Part shown: positions 53,701 through 64,000 of the stretch, in pieces | How positions within the stretch are numbered: position 1 is the first letter of the stretch | How the letters are laid out: each line of letters begins with the position of its first letter | DNA from: Octopus bimaculoides | Lineage: Eukaryota | Assembly (NCBI RefSeq): GCF_001194135.2 | Contig: NC_068989.1 | Location: 81,041,487 to 81,105,486 of the forward strand | Length of the DNA: 64,000 nt | Direction of reading: 5' to 3' | The notes under the pieces: generated by a model | Told to the model about the DNA's origin: nothing | Databases searched by the model: none | The model's input: only the letters and a program-made list of their open reading frames with translations | Translations under genes and position numbers: made by a program

Positions 53701-54685
53701 TAGGCCTTTACGGCAGTATTTGTCCTGGGGTAATATTACTTATGGACATGCTGTGTTAAATGTGCAATCAACATTTGAGGTAGACCAGACTAAAACTCAT
53801 CACAGCAGTCACTACCAAGAGTGTCCAATGCATTTCAGCCATTTTGGGCCTTTGCAATGACATGAACTTACAAATAGTCACATGATCAGAGGAGAATTCA
53901 TCACCTATGATATAGGAACAAATGAATAAAACATTCTCTGATGTGAATGGTGACCAGGTAGTGTACAAATCTGGTATAAACAAGTGAAGCAGTATTAAAT
54001 TAAAATAGACCAGTTATCAAGATGTTTGTCTTGAGATAACATCATTTATCAATGTGTTAGGTCAAAATGCATCTAGTGTTCTCACTGGCCACATGCTGAG
54101 ACGAATTTTCACTTCCCTCTGATATTTATTGTGTTTTTAACACAGCAAGACCATAACAGATGTTACATTAAGACAAACACTGCAGTAACTAACCTATTGA
54201 CAGTGTGTATACATTAAGTATCATACATAAGTATCATATATATATATATATATTTGAAGGTTTGGAGGTGATGTACAGAAATTATATAGAAAAAAATTAA
54301 TTAAGGTACTCAGAAACCTAGATGTTTGTACATTTACAGATTTTTATTAATGTCACATATTAAATGAAGCACGTTTCACCTAGTCGTGTAGGTTTTTCAA
54401 ATTGTATGTATGTATATATATATACATATATACATACATACACACACTCACTCACATACATACATATCTATCAATCTATCTATCATGTTTTGTTCCTTTT
54501 ACTGTTTAGTCAGAGAGAGTGAGCAGAGCCTATGAATCTTTGTTTTGTCAGAGCCTCTGAGACTGGTACGAAGAACAAGAAAATTATCATCAAATTGGAG
54601 ACCTAACCCATACTTTTGCAAGTGTCTGACAGAATGCTTAATAGCTTTTAAAGAAAACTTTCTTTAAATATTGTGACTATATCAA

Positions 54686-54723
<38 letters not shown>

Positions 54724-55132
54724 TTGATATAGTCTCATTCAGAGATTTAAATCTAGTTGTTTTTCTCCTTACAAGATCAGTGACTGTGTGTCACTAAAAA
54801 GTGAATAAGATCGAGTAGCTGCTATCTCTAGTCAGTGGTTCTCCAGTACCAAAGATGGGAAGTTACCCAGAAACCATTGGTCTACTGGTACCATATAGCT
54901 AGAAAGGAGTAGTAAGCTCCCCTACTCACAGTATCTTAGACACAGATCATATGTTGATAACCAGCTGGAAAAGATGTTTCCCTGGGGTTAAATAGTAGTG
55001 ACATAGTCCTATGTAGGACTGCCACTTTACGTTGGCAAATAGACTTTATACACACACACAAACACACACACACAGATGCATGCACACACACTCACATACA
55101 TACATATCTATCAATCTATCTATGTATGTATG

Positions 55133-55182
<50 letters not shown>

Positions 55183-57499
55183 TACATAGAGATACAATGG
55201 CCTTTGTATTCTATGGACGTCTATCAAGACGTTGGTTGGCCCAGGGTTACAGAAAACACTTGCCCAAGGTGCTATACAGTTGTACTAAACCAAGAATCAT
55301 ATGACTGTGTATTGAACATCTTAATCACTCAACCATGCTTTCTGTATGAAAAATCAATTTCCTTTTAATATATTATTCAAGTATGTAAATAACATTAGAC
55401 AAAACAAAGCAAGATAATTCATCTTGATGCATATTTGATATAATTTATGTTATCCAAAGTAATAACAATGCAAGCAACATGAATGACAATGGCTTGCAAT
55501 CACAGATTAAAGATATGAATCAGTTGGTAGAATGCACCTTATGTTCTTTACATTCACTCAGTTTGGTTGGAAAATATTCTGATAAATGCTTTCTTAAAGC
55601 AATGCTTTTTTCTATAACTATGTTGTTTTCTTTATTCAAATGTTCTAATGACTGTTTCAAAGAAGCAATACATTTTCTTATTTCCTTCTTTTTTTCTTGT
55701 TTTGTAGCAATGCTTTTTTCTTTATTCTAATATTCTGATGAATGTTTTCATGAAGTAAAGCTCTTTTCTTTGACGTTGTTCAAAATCTATTCAAATTTTT
55801 GTCAGCTTTTACATATCATTAGCATTTCTTTTTATGTTGCATTATCTAAATGAGACACTGGTTTGCCAGTTGTGAAGAGGTTTTTGTCAGATGCCAAGTA
55901 GCTAGCTTGTACAGTTGCCACAAAGATACTTTTACAGAAATTTTCAGCTATAGAGTTTTGAATATCATTTCAGATAACAAGGAACAAAATACAGATTGTC
56001 TTTTATATGCATGAGGGTGGCTTTCAACAACGAAGAAGTTGTAATTAAGAATATTAATCATATTATATTCACTCAGTTCAGTTGGAAAATATTCTGATAG
56101 ATGTTTCCTAGAAACAATGTTTGAAATCAAGTACTACTACAGTTTCAGGCAGTATTCTTGCCATTATACTTTGTATGTTTCCATGTTAACAATTATTCAC
56201 ATCAAACTCTTCTATCTTTCCCTCTCTAAGGACATTTAACTTTGCATATGGAAGCCAACCAACAATGTTTCCCATCTCAATAATAACAAATTTCCTGACC
56301 CTGCCAGCAACTAGTCTGTAATCCTACATTGTATCTCAAAAGTTATGTTTCAAAGTCTAAAAGTCTAATTTATAGGAGCTGTGACTGTGCAGTAAGAAGT
56401 TTGCTGTACAGGTACAGGTGTAGCTGTGTGGTAAGAAGTTTGCTTCCAAACCATATGGTTCCAAGCTCAGTCCCACTGCATGGCACCTTGGGCAAGTGTC
56501 TTCTACTATAGCCTCAGGCCAACCAAAGCCTTGTGATAGATGGAATCTGAAAGAAGCTTCTTTCAGATTCCATATATTGAGTTGTCCCATAAATAATGCA
56601 ATTTTTTCAATTGCATGAATTAAAAGTTGGAGTGGGGTGGGATAAGCTACCTGTATCAGCTTGTTTTCGGCAATTTAATACCTTATAAGCAGAATTTAAT
56701 AGATAAAACTGCAAAGCTGCCTGTTCAATATATCACCATCATCATCACCATCATCATCAGCAGCAGCATTTAATGTTCATCTTCCATGCTGGCATGAGGT
56801 GGATGGTTTTACAGGAGCTGGCAAACTAGTGGGCTGTGCCAAGTTCTACTTTCTGTTTTGGCATGGTTTCTACAACTAGATGCCCTTCCTAATGTCAAAG
56901 TGAAAGTGGTTTCTTTAGCAAAAAGGAAGAAATCTAATTTTATTATTTTTGACTCTTCAAAAAAAATGTATGAAATCATGACCAACTAACAACAACAACA
57001 CTCAATTTGTGCCTTTGGAATCTCAAAAGGTCTTTAAAATCTGATCTATCTCCATATTCTTCAAAGAATGTTGTGAAAGAGTGATCATGTTATCCTGTCT
57101 ACACAAAAGTATTTTATAGAAAAGGTTAATCCTTCTTAAATTCTTATATCAGTACACATGATCTTTTAAGCATTGTAAAGGAAAATTCAATTCTTTGGTA
57201 ATGGGTCAATGTCACAGTAAAGCAAAATGCATATGGAAACTTCAAAGTAAAGTGAAATATGAAATAGGTATAAGCAATTTATTTACTTACTGGCATGCAA
57301 AATTGAGATGTGCCAACTCAATGACATATTTGCATAGTAAATAACATAGCAAGAAAAATCTGTAGATCAAATTGTCTGTTCACGAAGCTATAAAAAAAAA
57401 AATTTCTTACTTAATCCCAAAGTCTATTTTTACAAAACTGTGTGTGTACACAACAAGAAAGAGCAAATACTCATAGAAAAGAAGGTATATTTTCTTTTG

Positions 57500-57556
57500 A
57501 TGTGCATGTGTGTGCAAACGTGTGTATGTGTGTGTGTAAATGTGTGTGTACTTGTA

Positions 57557-57601
<45 letters not shown>

Positions 57602-57675
57602 CTGAATGTGTATATGTGTGTGAATGTATGAGTGTTTGTGTGTGTGAATATGTCTCTGTGTGTATATGTGTATGA

Positions 57676-57745
<70 letters not shown>
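57500..57745. repeat. Compound (TG)n microsatellite
   Basis: Directly visible. Confidence 0.97.
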
Positions 57746-57746
<1 letters not shown>

Positions 57747-59356
57747 GTATCAAGGAAAAGAAGAATTTAGTTTACTTGTCAAAATTCCTCAAGCTTTTTG
57801 TGGCTAGCTAAGCTTAGTTGAGATAGGGTAAAAGATAAAAGCCAAAAATAAGGAGAGTTAGAGAGATGTCTTGATCAGTTGTTAGTAACATTTTGCAGTT
57901 CTTGTTTTAATGAATTGTCTGTGGTACAAGTTGAATTGCCCAAGCTCTGTGTCTCTTTCCATTTCTCATATGGAAAACATGTCTTACATAAGGCCTGTAG
58001 CAAGTCTGCATAATTTGAATGCTCAACTTTTTAGTTTTCAAGAAAAAAAATTTTATTAAACAACAATTAGTGTTTTAGCAGATTGAGTAATGACATCAGC
58101 AAAAATCTGCCAAATGAAATTATATGCAAACATGTCCTAAATTTTCAAGTGATGTCACCACAGATCTGTCCACTTAGATTTGTTCTGGAGTGTATAAAAC
58201 ATGACCAGATCTGAAAAGACAAAGCTTGACAGGCTGACAGTCTGGATGTCAGGAGTTTAGTGATGTTCAACAGTGAAACATAATGGCTGGCAAATTCTTG
58301 TATTTGGCAGAATCTCCACTGTCAAAATGTTGTGTTGCAAAAAAGACTGTCTATACAAACACTAGTACATTCATCCCTTTCACAGGTATATTTTTGCCTC
58401 TCTTAACATACATTCCTACTACTATGAACAGGGCTCTCATATATCACTTTATTTTCTTTTCTTGGGACTGCTACATTTTACACAAATTTGTAACAGCTAA
58501 ATAGATGATGAATTGAAAAATATACAACAATTCTAATTCATCCCATTTCATTATTGTTAAAGGCCCAATATTTTGCATTTATTAATGTTAACAACCAGAA
58601 TTCAGAGAACTATATTGATTCTTTCAGTTCAAGAAAACTTCCTGCCATCAATAACTTTTTCTTTGTGTCATCTGCTTCTTCAGTGGCCATTTATATATAC
58701 TCTTTTTCAGTTGTTGGAGCAATATGGCATTAGAAAGGGCATTGGTGCCCTTCCAGCCATAAAAATTATGCCAAAACAGACAGTGGACCTTAGTGCAGCC
58801 CTCTGAATTGCCAGTTCATATCAAACCATCCAACATATGCCAGTATAGAAGAGGATGTTAAATGATGATGATGAATTCTGAATATTGTAGTTTTTGAGTG
58901 TGAGTGATCAGAAGGTTTCAGTTTCAAATCCTGGTCAGGTTCCTACTGCAGGTATGACATAATGTATAGAAAAACTAAACATCGGAAAATAGTAAAAAAT
59001 AAAGTTTCCAGATTTCCAAGATACCGGGACAGAATTTCAAAATGGGTGGGAAAACAGGTTAATGTTGCTAAACTGAGATGTACAGCAATCTTGAAGGATT
59101 TTAGTCAAGTTGGGGAGGCAGGGAAACAAAGACACAAAGGCACGCACACACTCACACACACACACACAATATACATATACGACAGGCTTCTTTCAATTTC
59201 CAACTACCAAATCCACTCACAATACTTTGGTCGGCCTAAAGCTATAGTGGAAGACACTTGCCCAAGGTGCCATGCAGTGGGATTGAACCTGGAACTATGT
59301 GGTTGGGAAGCAAGCTTCCTACCACACAGTCACACCTGTGCCTTTGAAAGAATATA

Positions 59357-59391
<35 letters not shown>

Positions 59392-59392
<1 letters not shown>

Positions 59393-59747
59393 AGTTGGAG
59401 TCAACAAAGAGGAGTACAGTTGGACATTTATTTGTAATCACTACAATTGTTTCCACACAACATAGTTCTCCAGGCTTGCAGGTATTTGGTTATGCAACCA
59501 TTTACCTGCATTATGAGATCTAGTTGTGCTTCCTCAGGCTGCGATAGACAGAAAAGATGAGCTTGAAGTTGAGAATTTGAGGTTAAAGAACCAATGTTTA
59601 TATCACCTGAGGAAGCACAACTAGATCTAATAACGTAGGGAAACAGTTACATAACCAAACATCTGCAAACCTGGAGAACTACATTGCATGGAAACAAATT
59701 GTGATTACAAATAAATGTCCAACTGTACTCCTTGTTGACTCCAACTT
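59392..59747. mobile_element. Inverted pair of Penelope-like (PLE) terminal repeats, each with a hammerhead core
   Basis: Arms of about 145 bp (59392-59538 and 59606-59747) are reverse complements of each other. Both carry CTGAGGA...GAAAC followed by AATAAA. Confidence 0.65.
59437..59546 (-). ncRNA. Hammerhead ribozyme-like motif (minimal type I, long helix II)
   Basis: Minus strand: CTGAGGA (59537-59531), extended hairpin, GAAA (59453-59450), C-AATT-G, TA, GTGAT. Helix III is the palindrome ACAATTGT; predicted cleavage triplet is GUA. Confidence 0.55.
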
Positions 59748-60436
59748 TTTCAGTTATCCATTCACCCACTAGAGAAGCCCCAACGCAGCACTGGGTGAGA
59801 TCTGAAGATGGACGAGTTTTAGACTATACTCTACTACACTCTTAACAAAACATAACCTAACAATATACATATTATCGTGTTCTCTATACATTCAATATAT
59901 GGAATTGTGTTTGTTTTTATTTTTTAATTCTAAACAATTTCCATTCCTAATCACCTTTATTAACTGCCGAACATTGATCACAAATGGTTGCTCCAGTGTC
60001 TCGTCGTCAGCATAAGAACCACTATAATAAGATCGCGTAGTCAATCTGATAATCCTTATTTGTAATAGTTACACTTATAATTTTCCGAAGACTTCGCGGT
60101 TGTTTTACTACACATTAAAACAAAAAGAATTTGATTTGATATTATACAATACGAAACAAAATTTCAAATAACGAGGAATTGTCGCCTGCGTCATGGTTTG
60201 TTTCAATAATGTCCATATACAATACGTCTTCACGAAACCGTTATTTTGAATTTCGAAAAAAATCTATTGATATTATTTAACAATTTTTTTTTTTTAGCAA
60301 AAAAGAAAGATGATAGATGGATGAAGCAAATATTGCGAGGATTTTCATAGTCAAAACTTTACTCAACGTGTAAATCTTTATAATATACATGCTTTAGAGA
60401 ATCGGTGAACTTTTATAGCATTTGGCTTAGAACGTC

Positions 60437-61438
60437 ATGGAGGATTCCAGCATAGAAATAGCAAGGAGAAATGCTCGTTTGAAAACGTGTACCATTAAAA
60501 ATCACAAATCAGTTCGTAAGCTAAGTGATCGTCACATTAATATCTACAATAAGAATCATTTATTTTGGAATTTCAGTAAATTATCAGTCGACTCCTTGCA
60601 GACGAGTGACCGGAGCCATCTTAAACAAAGTCATCCTCAGCAGGAAGGTGTGGTTGACAATAATAGTTTATCTGATTTTTCGGAAGAAAATGTCAGTTGT
60701 GCTTCCAATTTCTGTATTAACAGCACTCCAGTGGAAAATGGAAAAAATATTTGTATAGAAAATATATCTCTGTCTCCCATAGGTTTGAAAGAAGTGTCAA
60801 TCAATCAACAGAATATACGATTTGCTTCTCCCGGTCTTTGCAAACGTAACCAAGTTTCATGTAATGTATCAAAGAAACAGAATAAAAAAGAGAAGCATTT
60901 ATCTAGTAAAAAAGAAATATCTGAAAAAGAAAACAACCCTTTATTGACAGCAAAACAATATAACAGTCGTACATGTCGAATACGTAAAATCGATGGTGAT
61001 GATGGAGGAACTGCCATTGGGAATTGTTTTAATATTCGCCGCTCTGAAGAATCTTCTTCTAAAGCAACACAACAGAAAAATGCTGGGAATGTGTCATTTG
61101 CTTCAAAATATAAACTGAAGTCGTCTTTAAAAAATTGTAACGCGAAAGCTCTGACTACAAGCAAATCCGTTAGATTCAATGACAAAGTAATTACATTAAT
61201 GGATTCATTAAACGACGAATTGATAATATCTGAAGAATCCCTTGATAGTTTTGGCAATGGCAATAGCATAGGCCGAAACAGGAATTCGAGTGGAACCTCA
61301 ACGAAACTCAACAGGGAAAACCACGATGTTACTAACCCGAAGAACAAAGGTAAACATAACGTAGACTTGATTGAATGCTTCGAAAATACTAAAAAGAAGA
61401 AAATGTGGAATAGGTTTGCACAGTTCTTCCATTCTTAG
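60437..61438 (+). CDS. Intronless 333-aa uncharacterised protein, Ser/Asn/Lys-rich and probably disordered, with candidate PP1-docking motifs
   Basis: 1002-bp ORF in AT-rich DNA where other ORFs are short or repeat-derived. Good start context (gtcATGG), non-repetitive, CpG-retaining. KSSLK at aa 228-232 and KSVRF at aa 243-247. No recognisable folded domain. Confidence 0.72.
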   Translation: MEDSSIEIARRNARLKTCTIKNHKSVRKLSDRHINIYNKNHLFWNFSKLSVDSLQTSDRSHLKQSHPQQEGVVDNNSLSDFSEENVSCASNFCINSTPVENGKNICIENISLSPIGLKEVSINQQNIRFASPGLCKRNQVSCNVSKKQNKKEKHLSSKKEISEKENNPLLTAKQYNSRTCRIRKIDGDDGGTAIGNCFNIRRSEESSSKATQQKNAGNVSFASKYKLKSSLKNCNAKALTTSKSVRFNDKVITLMDSLNDELIISEESLDSFGNGNSIGRNRNSSGTSTKLNRENHDVTNPKNKGKHNVDLIECFENTKKKKMWNRFAQFFHS

Positions 61439-61740
61439 TTTTAAACCACTTGATTATTTTTAAAGAACAAATCCTCCAGCAAAAATGTAGCCTTGTAGGC
61501 AAAACCTAAGGCTCACCCAGTTAATTCCGTACTTGTTTTGAAATCTACAATTAATGAATTAATTAATTAACCAGAAGAATATTCCTTTAACGCACTTAAA
61601 TCGTTAATTTTAAGCTGCCAAAAATTTACTTTCAACGCGAGCAAGAAAAGGGAATTATTTTCTGAAATTTTGTTAAGTATAATTTCGTTGTTATAGTTTC
61701 GACTCTTGGTCATCCCTGATGGAACAGCAGACCTATAATC

Positions 61741-61943
61741 GGTAATTTTTCAGATTAACACCCGCACGATCTTCACTAGGGTTTTAGGGTTAAGGTTGTA
61801 GGGTTTCAGTTAGGGAATTCCGTCCCTAACCGCAACCCTAACTCTAACCCTAAACACTAGCCCTAACCCTAAAACTCTAACCTTGACTCTAAAACCCTAA
61901 CCCCCTAGTGAAGATCGTGCGGGTGTTAATCTGAAAAATTACC
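61741..61943. mobile_element. 203-bp MITE, Merlin-like, with internal telomere-like repeats
   Basis: Perfect 41-bp TIRs (61741-61781 and 61903-61943) starting GGTAA; 8-bp direct repeat CTATAATC on both flanks (61733-61740, 61944-61951). Confidence 0.85.
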
Positions 61944-63410
61944 CTATAATCAATGGAGTTCGATCTTTGACCATCTCATTTTTTGTTGTTTTTTTTTTAT
62001 TACTTTGCTAGTGGAGGGCAAATTTTGGAGGAAATCTGGCTATTATTTCTCACATGGCATCTTGTCCAAGATGAAATACTAGACGACAAAATTCGACTCT
62101 GAAAACACACACCCACATTTTTTTATGGCTTATTCGAAAGAGAAAGATCAGTGCCTAAGATCTTTTTGTATGGCCTCTGAAAGCGATAAAAGGGAAACAG
62201 AAAATGAAACCATAGCTTGTGGGGTTTCTGCCTATACTTGCAACAGTGGATACTATTAAAGAAATCCATGGACAAAATAACATGGTGTTGAATCTGGCAG
62301 TCCACCACATAAAAAGAAATTGTATTCTCTTGTTGAGAATTGAAATAGGGCCACATTGGTGAAAGCTGGAAATTCTTCCACTAGACCCAGTTACACACAT
62401 AGACTACATATTTTTGCTCCCCTGTCATATTGAACTCTGAAGTTGACATGTATTTTAATTTAAGATTTTACAATCTCTTATATTTATCAATTAAAATGTA
62501 TTAATAAACCAATATAAATGTTGAATCTAAAAAAAAAAATTAAATTGGAATGTGAACTCAAATCAAAATTTGTTAAAATAAATTAAAGTGTTTTTTTATC
62601 GATCGAAAGTTTAGTTTTCTTCATAGTGAATTTTAGTCTATTTTACTTTTTTTTAACAACACTATTAACAATATGCTGATTGAATATCAAATGGCATTGT
62701 TTGTAGGAGCTCAATTGGGATATAATTAACCTGAAGTCACTGAAAACATTAAGTTATGGGGATGTAAACACACCGATACCTGTTGTCAAGTGGTGGGGGA
62801 CAAAGAAACATACACATAAATATATGTGATGATGATGGATTCTCCCAAATGTTTGTACCACACATTAGCTCACTCTCTCCATCAAATCAACATTGTCTGA
62901 ACAGGTGCACTGTGTGTGTGGTGTCAGGTGTCAAAAGTGATCGCAGAGCAACGTGAGACAATGCACTACCTGGTCTAGGAATTGAAATCACGATCACGAG
63001 ATCATGAGTGCAACACCTTAACCACTGGGCCATGCACCCTTGTATGTATGTATGTATGTATGTAATTATTCAGTTTATTTCAAGATTTGCCAATAAATAA
63101 AAAACTGGTTTCTAACCTAGATCCAAGGCTCTTTCATTGGAATTTCAACATCAACAACAGGGTGTTTTTATTTGTATATATGTATGTATGTATGACATGC
63201 TTCTTTCAGTTTCTGTTTACTGAATCCACCCACAAGTCTTTGATCAGCCCAAGGCTATAGTAGAAGGCACCGAACCCAGAACCATGTTGGGAAGCAAGCT
63301 TATTACCACGCAGCCACAAACTACATAAAGTTATTGTGAGCATATTTAATACAAGGCCATTGAAACAGTAGTATTTTTGAATTATATATTCAAATCTGGA
63401 TCTGGCCAGT

Positions 63411-63514
63411 TTAACCTTTTAGCATTCAGATTGCCCTATCACCTAGTCACTTTGAACATAAAACAGAGAGAATATTTAGGCTTGATATTGCTGGTTTAAA
63501 TGCTAAAGGGTTAA
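63411..63514. mobile_element. Short TTAA-flanked MITE, same family as 10451-10696
   Basis: TTAACCTTTTAGCATT...AATGCTAAAGGGTTAA terminal inverted repeats. Confidence 0.7.
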
Positions 63515-63679
63515 AAAAGTGTTAGAATTTTGTTATACATAAGTATGATTGATAAAACATGTTTCCTGTAGATTTTCTACATTTCTAACTTTAAAACATA
63601 GCTTTTTTTAAAATTTCATTTTTAAAAAGGTACTATTGTTTCTGCTGACATGAAGGGGATTATATCACCAAATGAAGGG

Positions 63680-64000
63680 CAGATTGCATGGTGTATGTGA
63701 TTGAGCTGCAATGTTGCATGATAGTGAGACATGAGTACTAAATGCAGATGTGCAGAGGTTGGAAAGAATCGAGGCAAAAATGATCTTCTGGGTACGTAAT
63801 GTTACAGTTACCATCATGCAAGAAATGTCCATCATTTCCAATCTTCTGTATAAACATATCTGGTGATGGAGAAATGTTACCTTATTTGGAAGCTGATGAT
63901 GGTTGGCAACAGGAATGATATCCTGTCAAAAAAATTGACCTCAACATATTCTGTCCAACCCATGTGAACATGAAAATATTGATGTTAAAATGATGAAATG
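63680..64000 (+). mobile_element. RTE LINE fragment plus RTE-type tail
   Basis: MLHDSET*VLNADVQRLERIEAKMIFWVRNV-like frame followed by a degenerate RTE tail. Confidence 0.55.

Noticed and set aside
59812-59870. Third CTGAAGA core as another hammerhead
   Set aside because: No helix II or downstream GAAA could be found.
60805-61347. 180-aa minus-strand ORF
   Set aside because: Antisense shadow of the 333-aa ORF; the phase and Phe/Leu/Ser-rich composition are as expected for a shadow.
61782-61902. TTAGGG-to-CCCTAA junction as a relic telomere-telomere fusion
   Set aside because: It is enclosed by perfect TIRs and an 8-bp TSD, so it is transposon interior rather than a chromosome fusion scar.
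62125-62259. 44-aa ORF MAYSKEKDQCLRSF... downstream of the orphan gene
   Set aside because: Too short, with no recognisable homology or splice support.

Overview
AT-rich, microsatellite-dense animal genomic DNA with several N gaps. The SINE/RTE repeat families and microsatellite load point to an octopus genome (inference from repeat content, not verified). The left third carries the 5' part of a minus-strand DPF/d4 (Requiem, BAF45-type) gene. Six coding exons join in frame to about 236 aa (Requiem N-terminal domain, basic/acidic linker, one C2H2 finger); the double PHD fingers should lie beyond position 1. Its likely promoter at ~20.35-20.45 kb has a perfect CGTCACGTGACG palindrome and an ETS site. 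From ~20.5 to 59 kb I found no supportable host coding exons, only SINEs, RTE/CR1 LINE fragments, decayed Tc1/mariner, hAT and piggyBac-type remnants, and simple repeats. The right end is the most interesting part: (i) an inverted pair of Penelope-like terminal repeats, each with a hammerhead-ribozyme core, one with an unusually long helix II; (ii) an intronless 333-aa orphan ORF with SILK-like and RVxF PP1-docking motifs; (iii) a 203-bp Merlin-like MITE with perfect 41-bp TIRs, an 8-bp TSD and head-to-head telomere-like repeats. SINE/LINE boundaries are approximate; exon boundaries were read base by base.
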